Shown: in pieces, positions 35,322-43,949 of the stretch
Numbering within the stretch: the stretch's first letter is position 1
Layout of the letters: the number at the start of each line of letters is the position of its first letter
The notes under the pieces: model-generated
Told to the model about the DNA's origin: nothing
What the model saw: only the letters and a program-made list of their open reading frames with translations
The model's database searches: none
Program-made: the position numbers and the translations under genes
Source of the DNA: Chloroflexota bacterium
GTDB lineage: Bacteria > Chloroflexota > Dehalococcoidia > Lucifugimonadales > G022566795
Assembly: GCA_022566795.1 (NCBI GenBank)
Contig: JADFIF010000003.1
Coordinates: 1 to 50,130 of the forward strand
Reading direction: 5' to 3'
DNA: 50,130 nucleotides

Positions 35322-36224
35322 ATGGTTGACCGGACGATGACGGGCGTCTATCCAATTCTGTCTATGCCGTTCGACGACAAGGGTCGCATCGAGGTCGAGG
35401 ATCTCCAGCGGGAGGTCGAGTTCGCCATCGACGCCGGCGTACACGGCCTCGGCATCGCCATGGCCTCAGAGATCTTCAAGCTCTCGGAGGCCGAGCGAGA
35501 CCTGGCGACGACGACGGTCGTCGAGCAGGTGCGCGGTAGAGTCAAGGTCGTCGTCAACACCGGCGCGCCGGGCACCGACCTGGCCGTCCAGTACAGCCGG
35601 CGCGCCCAGGAGCTGGGCGCCGACGCCGTCATGGTCATTCCTCCGACCGCCATTCCAACCACCAGCGCCCAGGTCCGGGAGTACTACCGGCGCATCTCCG
35701 ACGCCATCGATGTGCCCATATTCATCCAGGACATCGACAGCGCCCCAGTGCCGCCGCCGTTGGCCGTCCAGATCGCCAGGGAGAGCGAGAAGGCGTGCTA
35801 CGCCAAGGTCGAGACGCCGCCGACGCCCCCGCGCGTCACCGAGGCCAAGGCGCTGGGAGGCGACGACCTCATCGTCTTCGGCGGCGCCGGCGGCAACTTT
35901 TTCCTCGAGGAGCTGCGCCGCGGGTCGGTCGGAACGATGCCGGCGTGTGCGATTCCCGAGGTGTTCCGGCGCACCTGGGACCTCTACCAGCGAGGCGCCG
36001 ACGACGAGGCGACGAGAGAGTTCAATCGATATGGGCCGCTCTTGCGGCAGCTAGGGCAGGGGCTGGGAATCGCCTATCACCTGACCAAGGAGGTCCTGCG
36101 GCTCAGAGGCGTCTTCCGGAAGGGCGCCCACGTCCGCCATCCAGCGGCGCCACCTGACGCATTGGCCTTCCAAGAGACCGCGCGGCTCGTGGAGGAGCTT
36201 GAGCTGGAGCCGGTGGCGGCCTAG
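35322..36224 (+). CDS. dihydrodipicolinate synthase / N-acetylneuraminate lyase family (DapA-like class I aldolase)
   Basis: ATG follows AAGGAGG. The translation has GVYPILSMPFD.. and ..GVHGLGIAMASEIFKLSEAER..VVVNTG..GADAVMVIPP.. The Schiff-base Lys context is CYAKVE. Confidence 0.85.
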   Translation: MVDRTMTGVYPILSMPFDDKGRIEVEDLQREVEFAIDAGVHGLGIAMASEIFKLSEAERDLATTTVVEQVRGRVKVVVNTGAPGTDLAVQYSRRAQELGADAVMVIPPTAIPTTSAQVREYYRRISDAIDVPIFIQDIDSAPVPPPLAVQIARESEKACYAKVETPPTPPRVTEAKALGGDDLIVFGGAGGNFFLEELRRGSVGTMPACAIPEVFRRTWDLYQRGADDEATREFNRYGPLLRQLGQGLGIAYHLTKEVLRLRGVFRKGAHVRHPAAPPDALAFQETARLVEELELEPVAA

Positions 36225-36282
36225 GGCGTCGTGGTTTCCAGGACCCGAATCGTGTCGCCGATCAGGGCTCAGACGCTAAGTA

Positions 36283-37128
36283 CTAGTTCGGGGCGCTGGT
36301 GAGCAGGAATCCGCCGTCAACAGGAATGACGGCACCAGTCACGAACCTGGCCTCATCGCTGGCGAGATATACGGCTGCCCAGGCGATGTCCCATCCTTCG
36401 CCCTCCAATGGAAGTGGAGTCGAGGCCTCCCGCGTCTCACGCATATGCGATGCCCCGTGCGCGACCCTTGGAGTCCACATTAGGCCGGGCATGATGCAAT
36501 TGACGCGGATGTTGTCGGCGGCGTGGTCTAGCGCCATAGCTTGGGTTAGGCCAACGATCGCTGCCTTGTTGACGGTGTAGAGGACCGAAGAAGACTCTCG
36601 CTTGGGCCTAAGAGCCGTCACCGACGACACGTTGACGATCGCCCCGCCACCGGTGGACTTCATGTGGGGTATCGAGTAGCGGCTCATGTGAACGGCGCTC
36701 ATCAGGTTGACCGCCGCGCTCCGCTGCCAGTCGTCGTCGGTGGCTTCGAGGACGTTCCCATGGCCGCCGCCGCCCACGTTGTTGTGCAGCACGTGAAGTG
36801 CACCGTACCTCTCCACCGCCGCGTCCGCTGCGCGTCCGCAGTCCTCGGGCTTGGTGACGTCCGCGACCACCGAAATGGCCGCTCCGCCTTCGGCCTCGAT
36901 CCTGACGCGAGTCGCCTCCGCCCATTCCAAGACGGCGTCCACCAATACTACTCGGGCCCCTTCCCTTGCCATGAGAATCGCGGTAGCCGCGCCGTTGCCG
37001 ACGCCCTCGCCTCCGTAGGTACCGGCTCCGCTTACGATCGCCACCTTCCCGTCAAGTCTCAGATCCGCTCGTCTGTTCACAGTGTCCCTCGAAAAGCGCT
37101 GGTACAAAGCCGCCTGTCGATCTGCCAT
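36283..37128 (-). CDS. short-chain dehydrogenase/reductase (SDR)
   Basis: ATG 37128 gives MADRQ.. The translation has KVAIVSGAGTYGGEGVGNG.., HNNVG and YTVNK (YxxxK). Confidence 0.85.
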   Translation of the reverse strand: MADRQAALYQRFSRDTVNRRADLRLDGKVAIVSGAGTYGGEGVGNGAATAILMAREGARVVLVDAVLEWAEATRVRIEAEGGAAISVVADVTKPEDCGRAADAAVERYGALHVLHNNVGGGGHGNVLEATDDDWQRSAAVNLMSAVHMSRYSIPHMKSTGGGAIVNVSSVTALRPKRESSSVLYTVNKAAIVGLTQAMALDHAADNIRVNCIMPGLMWTPRVAHGASHMRETREASTPLPLEGEGWDIAWAAVYLASDEARFVTGAVIPVDGGFLLTSAPN

Positions 37129-37208
37129 GCAGCGCCTCCGGCCGAAGCGAAACACGTCAGCTCAACGGCCGCCACCGACGCCACGCCGACGCCAGCGAGG
37201 CGGGGTCG

Positions 37209-37619
37209 CTAGCCGTCTACGCCCCGATCTTCTTCGAGGACCTGGAGGTAGAGGAACGCACCTGTACAGATCGTAGCCTCTTCGCAATGCCCTCCGATGA
37301 GCTCGCCTGAAGGACGGGCTGCGGCAATATGCACGTGCGTGCGTATGCCACCCTCCGGCAAGGGCTGAATGTATCCTTCCGCGCTTACAATCTCCAGGAT
37401 CTCGTCGACCGTTTGCCGCTCAAATCCGAACTCGCCGTCATCGTCCCGGCAGAGGTTCCGAAGCCGCAGGCTGCTCAAGCTGCCGATGCAAGACGAGATT
37501 ACGGCCGACCGAATGCCCTCCGAGCGCGCAAAGGCGTCGAGGCCGGCGACGAGAGCCTCGTCGGGCGCGAACCGGCGATAAATCACTCGAGATGGCCTAG
37601 CGTCCCAACTCTCATTCAA
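37209..37619 (-). CDS. PPC (DUF296) domain-containing protein
   Basis: 136 aa. The TTG start lies 6 nt after GGAGG. The translation ..GLDAFARSEGIRSAVISSCIGSLSSLRL..EILEIVSAEGYI..THVHIAAARPSGELIGGHC.. follows the PPC/DUF296 pattern. Confidence 0.7.
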   Translation of the reverse strand: MNESWDARPSRVIYRRFAPDEALVAGLDAFARSEGIRSAVISSCIGSLSSLRLRNLCRDDDGEFGFERQTVDEILEIVSAEGYIQPLPEGGIRTHVHIAAARPSGELIGGHCEEATICTGAFLYLQVLEEDRGVDG

Positions 37620-38647
37620 TTGGTACCTCCGTCCGTGGGGTGGGCGTCCGTGGAGTAGATCGCGATATCGGAGTCCCCTTTTTCGGTGAAACGCTAGTCC
37701 ACGTCGCTGAAGATGTCAATCAGGGAGCGCCGGAAAGCCAATCTGTACGGCTGAAACTCTCGCTTGCAAAGGGTCTAGAGATCTTTTTCGGGGAACACCC
37801 GGCTTCCTGTACAGCCTCCAGCATAGCGTCGAGGAGAGGTGCCCGGGCCTCACTCCAGAACAAGTGCCCGGCGTTTTCCCCATAGAATCAGCCCGTATTC
37901 CACATCTTAAAGGGCTTGTCATCCTGGCGGTGCTCCGCCTCCACCGTAATCGCACGGCAGGTGTGTCGCAGGAGTCCTCGATGAGGACCATAGTAGCGCA
38001 TAGACGCGCGCCCCTGGAAGGACTGTCGCCTCCACAGCCGGCAGCGGTCGCAGGGCGGGTCCGCCCGCCTGCGTTTCTTCGTTCACCGCCCTGGACCATG
38101 GATTGGCGTCACGGCTCGGACCCCGGCGCCACGCCCGTCGCTCCTCAGCCGCCCTGGCCGAGACCGGCCGTCTTGCCTTCTTCGTGCTGAGAGCTCCCAC
38201 CCTGTAACGGCTCTGTAACGTCGGGGTGGTCACATCACTATTTGGATAAGTGGCGGACTTGGACTTCGCCTGCGCGACAATCACCAACGTCGGTGCCCTG
38301 ATCTCCGAGGGCACGACTTTCTTGGAGACGTCCAATCCTGAATGGTTAGCGACCCTCGGGATGGACTGTGGAACCCCTGGAGCTCAACAGACGACTTGCG
38401 ACCGCCCACGGAGCGTCGGCGTCACTAGGGCGGCGACCGCCTGGGCGAGGTTAATCGCAAACTCAATAGCTGTCAGCAATCAGCAAAACTGGGACGCATT
38501 GGAACCCGAGAGATCGAGTCAACCCGAGGCCCCCATCGTCATGGTCAAGATGGGGACGCCGGCTCATTCGACGGCGGGAGAGCCATGACGATATGATGCG
38601 AGCGGACATATACTAGGAATCGCCCCGTTCTAACCGTGCAGGAATAG

Positions 38648-39724
38648 GTGAGTACCCAATTCGTTAGCAACGAGCAGATCATTCAGGTGGCCAGACGTAA
38701 CCTTGCCCAGGGTGCATGGGACTATCTGGTCGGCGGTTCGGAGTCGGAGACGACGATGCGTCGCAACCGGCTGTCATTCGACCGAATCGCCTTTCGCCCG
38801 CGAGTGCTCGTGGATGTGTCGAGCATCGACCCTTCGACAACTTTCCTTGGCCACAGACTGCGGACACCGGTGATGCTGGCTCCTCTCGGCTCACTACAAA
38901 CCTTCGCACCCGAGGGAGCCGCCGCCGTCACCAAAGCGGCAGCCGAGTTCGGAACGATGCACGTGCTCAGCTCCGTTACGCAGCCAAGTCTCGAGGAGAC
39001 AGCGGCGAGCGCCGGAAACCCCAAGGTCTTCCAACTGTATATCCACGGCGATTGGGCCTGGATCGAAGATATCGTCGGCCGGGCGAAGCAGGCTGGATAT
39101 ATGTCTCTCTGTCTCACCGTAGACACCGCGCACTACAGCCGACGAGAGAGGCCGATGCTGAGCGGTTGGGCTCCGCCAACGAGGCGCGGCACCATCGACC
39201 GATCTCACCAGGCCTCGCTTACCTGGGAAACGGCATTCAGAATCAAGGAGATGGCCGGTCTCCCTTTCATGCTCAAGGGCATCGGGACAGCGGAGGACGC
39301 CGCGCTGGCGGTCGAAGGTGGGGTCGACGTCATATGGGTGTCGAATCATGGTGGGCGCCAGCTCGATCATGGGCTGGGAACGATGGACATGCTTCGTGAG
39401 GTCGTCGACGCCGTGGGGGGCAGGGCCGACATCGTCGTCGACGGTGGGATTCAGCGCGGAGCCGATGTCGCGAAGGCGGTAGCCCTCGGGGCCAGGGCTG
39501 TCGCCATCGGCAGGCTCCAGGGCTTCGGGCTTGCGGCGGCCGGCGCAAAGGGCGTCGTTCGTGTCCTGGAGATCCTGGAGGATGAGCTCGTGATTGCGAT
39601 GGGTCTGATGGGAGTAACGTGCATCGATCAGCTTACGCCGGCATACGTGTGCGAAGCCGAGGCCGTCACGCCGCCTCACGAGATGAGCGCGTGGATCAAC
39701 ATGCCGGGCGGGAGGATAATGTGA
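38648..39724 (+). CDS. FMN-dependent alpha-hydroxy acid oxidase/dehydrogenase (LldD / glycolate oxidase family)
   Basis: 358 aa with a GTG start. The translation has ..AWDYLVGGSESETTMRRNRLSFDRIAFRPRVL..P.MLAPLG..FQLY..LCLTVDT..KGI....DA..A...G.D.IWVSNHGGRQLD..DGGI.RG.DV.KA.ALGA.. Confidence 0.88.
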   Translation: MSTQFVSNEQIIQVARRNLAQGAWDYLVGGSESETTMRRNRLSFDRIAFRPRVLVDVSSIDPSTTFLGHRLRTPVMLAPLGSLQTFAPEGAAAVTKAAAEFGTMHVLSSVTQPSLEETAASAGNPKVFQLYIHGDWAWIEDIVGRAKQAGYMSLCLTVDTAHYSRRERPMLSGWAPPTRRGTIDRSHQASLTWETAFRIKEMAGLPFMLKGIGTAEDAALAVEGGVDVIWVSNHGGRQLDHGLGTMDMLREVVDAVGGRADIVVDGGIQRGADVAKAVALGARAVAIGRLQGFGLAAAGAKGVVRVLEILEDELVIAMGLMGVTCIDQLTPAYVCEAEAVTPPHEMSAWINMPGGRIM

Positions 39725-39855
39725 CTTTCAATATGGGCCGTACAGGCATCCACTATGATGCGCTGTCTCACACTTGGCGAGACCAGAGCCAAAAGGCATA
39801 GCCCGGAACTTCCGGCGAAATCCAGGTTGACGCGGCCCGATCGGAGGCCATCGAG

Positions 39856-40947
39856 ATGGCATCGCCTAACTTTCAACACACCGTCTACATCGGCACGTAC
39901 ACCAGCGGCGAGGGCGAGGGCATCTACGTCTACCGCATGGACCCGGACACCGGCGCCCTTAGCCTTTCGTCGGCAACCGGCGGGATCAAGAACCCGTCGT
40001 TCCTGGCCGTCGCCCCCGGCCGGCGACACCTCTACGCCGTCAGCGAGATAGGCGATGTCCAGGGCCCGCCGCAGGGACGCGTCAGCGCCTTCGCCATCGA
40101 CGCGAAAACCGGCGGGCTCACGCTGCTCAACCACCAGCCGTCCCAGGGCAATGGTCCGTGCCATCTGAGCGTCGACGCCACCGGACGTTACGTGCTCGTG
40201 GCCAACTACCAGTCCGGCAGCCTGGGGATGCTGCCCATCCAGCCAGATGGACGCCTCGGACCGGCCACGGAGTTTGTCCAGCATTCCGGGTCCAGCGTCG
40301 ACCCCGACCGCCAGAGGGGCCCGCACGCCCACTCCATTACGCCGGACCCGACGAACCGCTACGCCCTCGCCGCCGACCTGGGCATCGACCAGGTTTTGGC
40401 CTACCGGCTTGACCTTTCGACTGGAAGGCTTGTCGCGACTGACCCGCCCTACCACGCAGATCCCGGCGCCGGCCCGCGCCACCTCGACTTCCACCCCAAC
40501 GGCAGGTACGCCTACCTCATCAACGAGCTCGACTCCACCGTGACAGCGCTGGCCTACGACGCGGCCGCCGGCGCCCTGACGGAGATCAACACGGTGCCGG
40601 CGCTACCAGACGATTTCGACGGCCTCAGCCACACGGCGGACATTCACGTGTCGCCCTCGGGGAGATTCGTGTACGGCTCCAATCGCGGCCACGACAGCAT
40701 CGTCATCTACGAGATCGACCCCGACACCGGAGGCATAGCCCTCGTTGGACACCAGCCCACCGAGGGCAAGACGCCAAGAAACTTCGCCATCGACCCCTCT
40801 GGAAAGTTCCTGCTGGCCGCCAACCAGCACTCCGACACCGTCGTCACCTTTCGCATCGACCCCGACACCGGCACGCTCGCCCCGGCGCGCCAGGTGGCCC
40901 ACGTGCCGAGCCCAGTGTGCGTGAGGTTTTTGGCGGCCGCGCGGTAG
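39856..40947 (+). CDS. lactonase family protein (7-bladed beta-propeller, 6-phosphogluconolactonase / cycloisomerase-2 family)
   Basis: ATG lies 8 nt after GGAGG. The translation has VYIGTYTSGEGEGIYVYRMD..G.L..NPSFLA..HLYAVSE..GPCHLSVD..G.YVLVANY.SGS.. and ..PRHL.FHPNGRYAY.INEL.S.V.. Confidence 0.88.
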   Translation: MASPNFQHTVYIGTYTSGEGEGIYVYRMDPDTGALSLSSATGGIKNPSFLAVAPGRRHLYAVSEIGDVQGPPQGRVSAFAIDAKTGGLTLLNHQPSQGNGPCHLSVDATGRYVLVANYQSGSLGMLPIQPDGRLGPATEFVQHSGSSVDPDRQRGPHAHSITPDPTNRYALAADLGIDQVLAYRLDLSTGRLVATDPPYHADPGAGPRHLDFHPNGRYAYLINELDSTVTALAYDAAAGALTEINTVPALPDDFDGLSHTADIHVSPSGRFVYGSNRGHDSIVIYEIDPDTGGIALVGHQPTEGKTPRNFAIDPSGKFLLAANQHSDTVVTFRIDPDTGTLAPARQVAHVPSPVCVRFLAAAR

Positions 40948-41049
40948 CTATTCGCCTCGGCAACCGCCGCCGTCCACGGGCGGGGTCCCGCCAAGGGGCC
41001 CTTCAGAGGCCTAATGCAGCACTCCTCGGCAGAGCCTGATCTTTCAGGT

Positions 41050-41301
41050 CTACGAGCCTTCGTGCACCTCGGTGATCTCGTCCGCGAGAAGGCCGTGGGC
41101 TTCACGGTGCGCCGCTTCGCCCGCTTCTCTGCTTGGAGCCTCAAACAGACAGAAGACGGATCCTTCGGCCTCGTTGTACCAATATCTCAGGAACTCGACT
41201 CCGTGCTTCCCTTGCACCTCCAGGTCCCTCGCGTGGGCACCTGCGACAGCTTCTGCGGTCAGACCTTCTACGTTCTTGTGGACGTCCATGTAGAGCGGCA
41301 T
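41050..41301 (-). CDS. DUF4242 family protein (SCO4226-like, putative nickel/metal-binding)
   Basis: ATG 41301 lies ~9 nt after AAGGAGG. The translation is MPLYMDVHKNVEGLTAEAVAGAHARDLEVQGKHGVEFLRYWYNEAEGSVFCLFEAPSREAGEAAHREAHGLLADEITEVHEG. The upstream 46 codons of the ORF-track entry are unlikely to be coding. Confidence 0.75.
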   Translation of the reverse strand: MPLYMDVHKNVEGLTAEAVAGAHARDLEVQGKHGVEFLRYWYNEAEGSVFCLFEAPSREAGEAAHREAHGLLADEITEVHEGS

Positions 41302-41480
41302 TTCGTCATGCCTCCTTTCGTTGATTCCTTGGCTCCGCGCGATAGGTGTGTAGCATACCACCAGGGTCTCACTTCTTGGTGCCGGGTGAAGAGCGAGTCG
41401 TCGCGGACCCTGTAACACAAAGAGGGCGGATGCTGCCATTCGCCCTCGAAATCGCTCTTAGCACCGACCTCGAACCCCCG

Positions 41481-41611
41481 GCCTACCCTCGCGGGTCCAG
41501 GGCTGGCCCTGGCGGGTCCGCTTCAACCCGCCGGCGACCTGCCGCGACACTCGCATGGCAAAGGCAAAACCGCGCCCAGCCTACCCTCGCGGGTCCAGGG
41601 CTGGCCCTGGC
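41481..41611. repeat. two perfect 33-bp direct repeats, each containing a hairpin
   Basis: GCCTACCCTCGCGGGTCCAGGGCTGGCCCTGGC occurs at 41481-41513 and again at 41579-41611. Each copy contains the palindrome CCAGGG-CTGG-CCCTGG. The second copy abuts the stop codon of the NHL gene at 41611-41613. Confidence 0.8.
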
Positions 41612-42615
41612 TAGAGGTTAAACTGCGGCTCCAGGTAGTTCTTCTCTTTGGCGTAGACCTGCAGACGCCCTCGGGTGCTTTCGGTGATGATGATCCGGTC
41701 CTCGTCGTCGATGGCTATGCCTACGGGGCGCTCGAACAGTCCGAGCGGAGTCCGGTCCTTGACACGCCGGTACGCCTTGACGACGTCGGGATTGGACTCG
41801 ACGACCTCCTTCGCCCACTTCGAGAACTCGGTGGCATCGCCGTACAGCGCCGCCAGGGCGTTGCCCTCGGAGTCGTAGATCTGTACCTTCTTGTTGCCCC
41901 AGTCGACGACGTAGACGTCGCCCTCGCTGTCCACCGCGACGTCCGATGGCCGTTTGAGGTCGCCGCCCTGACCCGGCTCGCCGCCAAAAGTGAGCAGCGG
42001 CTTGCCGTCGCCGGAGAACTTCTGCACACGGTCGTTGCCCCAGTCGGCCACGTAGACGTCGCCGTCCTTGTCGACGGTTACGCCCCAAGGACGGTCGAGC
42101 TGCCCCTCACCGCTTCCAGAGCCGCCCCAGCTGGTTATGAAGTTGCCGTCTTTGGTGAACTTCTGCACCCGATCGTTCAGGCTGTCGACGACATAGAGAT
42201 TGTCGTCGGCGTCGAACGCGATGCCCGAGGGGCCGCTGAGCTCGCCTTCTTTGGAGCCCGCCTCTCCCCACTGGCCGAGGCGCTCGCCGTCGGCGCTGTA
42301 CCAGGCGATAAAGTTTCCGTACTCATCGGAGCAGTAGAGCTTGTCGTCCTTCGAGACCGCCAGACCCACCGGCCACGTAAACTCCTGCCGGCCGAAGTCG
42401 CCGATGAGCTCGTCGTCCATCGTTATCTTGCCGATGCGTTTGTTCTGCGCAACGACGCCCCCGGCACCCTCCTGCCCTCGGCTGAGCACGTACATCGAGC
42501 CATCGCGGGCAATGGCGACCGCGGTAGGCTGAGTGAAGCCGTTGCCCGCCGCCGCGTTGCGGCCTATCGCCTTCACGAAGTTCCAGGTGCGCCCGGCAAC
42601 CGTCGTAGTTTCCAT
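41611..42615 (-). CDS. NHL-repeat six-bladed beta-propeller protein, paralogue 2
   Basis: 334 aa. ATG lies 7 nt after AAAGG. It has the same blade pattern and the same pre-terminal non-propeller insertion as 25316..26326. Confidence 0.88.
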   Translation of the reverse strand: METTTVAGRTWNFVKAIGRNAAAGNGFTQPTAVAIARDGSMYVLSRGQEGAGGVVAQNKRIGKITMDDELIGDFGRQEFTWPVGLAVSKDDKLYCSDEYGNFIAWYSADGERLGQWGEAGSKEGELSGPSGIAFDADDNLYVVDSLNDRVQKFTKDGNFITSWGGSGSGEGQLDRPWGVTVDKDGDVYVADWGNDRVQKFSGDGKPLLTFGGEPGQGGDLKRPSDVAVDSEGDVYVVDWGNKKVQIYDSEGNALAALYGDATEFSKWAKEVVESNPDVVKAYRRVKDRTPLGLFERPVGIAIDDEDRIIITESTRGRLQVYAKEKNYLEPQFNL

Positions 42616-42731
42616 CGCAGTACCTTTCTGTCCTAGATTTCACTGGCCGGGTCCGATGGCGCCGCAAGCCGAATGCGCCGCCGAACCGCGGTCGTCCAGC
42701 GTCCCCCTGTGCGTCGACCAGACACCCGGCC

Positions 42732-43880
42732 TTATGCGCCGTTCGTCTTGATGAACTGGGGCGCCTCGAATTGGCCGTTCACGATGGGCTTGGCGTCCAA
42801 CTTCATCCAGTCGTTGAGGATGGTGGAGTAGACGCCTCGGAAGTCCTGGTTCGGGACCAAGTCGCCCTGCTCCAACGCCTCGGCGCGCGTCTCCGGGTAC
42901 TCGCTGTACCAGCCGCCCTTGACTTTCGGTCCGATGGCGAAGCAGACGCCCGCCGCGCCGTGGTCGGTGCCCGAGCCGTTGTCTCGGACCCGCCGGCCGA
43001 ACTCTGAGAAGAGGAACATGACGACGTTCTCGTCGGCATCTTGCTCGCGAAGGTCGTCCCAGAAGTCGGTGATGGCCTCGGACACGTCGGTCCATAGCTG
43101 GGCGTGGGTTGTTGCCTGGGCGGCGTGAGTGTCGAAGCTGCCGTGCTGCGTGTAGAAGATTCGCGTGCCCAAATCCGCTGTGTGGATCGTCGCGACGTCG
43201 CGCAGGCTCCTGGCGATAGGGCTGGCGCCGTACTCGACGCTCGAGGAGTACGTGTCGGGCGCTGTCTTCAGGATGTCGGCGCCTTTGAGCGCGTCCAACC
43301 CAGTCTGGCCGAGGTACTCCATCACCGGCCCGGTGCCGAGGGCGGGGCCATACATGTTGGCGAAGCGCTCGAGCATCCGGGTGCGCTGCGCTTCCTCCTC
43401 GATGCTGGTCAGCAGGCCGTAGGTGGAGAGGTCTGCCACCGAGGCCACGGACACCCCTCGCGCCACCAGCGCCCGAGGTAGCCCCTGGCCGATGTTGACC
43501 GCCGTGATGGGGTTCTCACTCTCCGGGTCGATGTCGCGGATGGCGCGTGCCAGCCAGCCCTCGGTCCCGACCGTGTCCGGCTCGCAGGTGTGCCAGATGT
43601 CCATCGACCGGAAGTGCGACCGCGGCGAATTTGCGTAGCCCACGCCGTGGATGATGGCCATGCCGCCCTGCTCGAACTTGTCCTTCAGAGGGGCCATGGC
43701 CGGGTGCAGGCCCAGCTCGTCGTTGAGCTTCAGGACCCGGTCCTGAGGAATCTGAAGCGACGGCCGGGAGTCGTAGTAGTTGCCGTCCGTGTACGGGATC
43801 ACCGTGTTGAAGTAGTCGTTGCCACCGGTCAGCTGCAACACGACCAGCACCGGGGGTTTGCTATTGCCATTGGTAGTCAT
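42732..43880 (-). CDS. DUF1501 domain-containing protein (alkaline-phosphatase/sulfatase-superfamily fold), no Tat/signal leader
   Basis: I prefer ATG 43880, which lies 9 nt after AAGGAG. The ORF-track TTG 43898 contains that SD. The translation has ..VLVVLQLTGGNDYFNTVIPY.., ..HGSFDTHAAQ.. and ..GSGTDHGAAG.. Confidence 0.85.
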   Translation of the reverse strand: MTTNGNSKPPVLVVLQLTGGNDYFNTVIPYTDGNYYDSRPSLQIPQDRVLKLNDELGLHPAMAPLKDKFEQGGMAIIHGVGYANSPRSHFRSMDIWHTCEPDTVGTEGWLARAIRDIDPESENPITAVNIGQGLPRALVARGVSVASVADLSTYGLLTSIEEEAQRTRMLERFANMYGPALGTGPVMEYLGQTGLDALKGADILKTAPDTYSSSVEYGASPIARSLRDVATIHTADLGTRIFYTQHGSFDTHAAQATTHAQLWTDVSEAITDFWDDLREQDADENVVMFLFSEFGRRVRDNGSGTDHGAAGVCFAIGPKVKGGWYSEYPETRAEALEQGDLVPNQDFRGVYSTILNDWMKLDAKPIVNGQFEAPQFIKTNGA

Positions 43881-43949
43881 ATTCGAGCGCTCCTTCAAGA
43901 TTTGCTTTTGGCAAGATTTGCCTGCGGCAAGACTTTGGTCTGGCGGCTC

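Noticed and set aside
37716-38099. A serine-recombinase-like or zinc-ribbon (mobile element) remnant on the minus strand.
   Set aside because: The resemblance rests on a few residues (..EAGC..K.I....AS.S..R..) spread over shifted frames. That is not enough to call a mobile element.
38250-38588. The 112-aa ORF in the 1-kb gap.
   Set aside because: It has a GTG start with no SD. Coding-like GC3 holds only for the first ~30 codons, and I recognise no domain. It is kept only as part of the gap finding.
41481-41611. The 33-bp direct repeats considered as a CRISPR array.
   Set aside because: There are only two repeat copies and a single 65-bp spacer. There are no cas genes, and the repeat abuts a stop codon.
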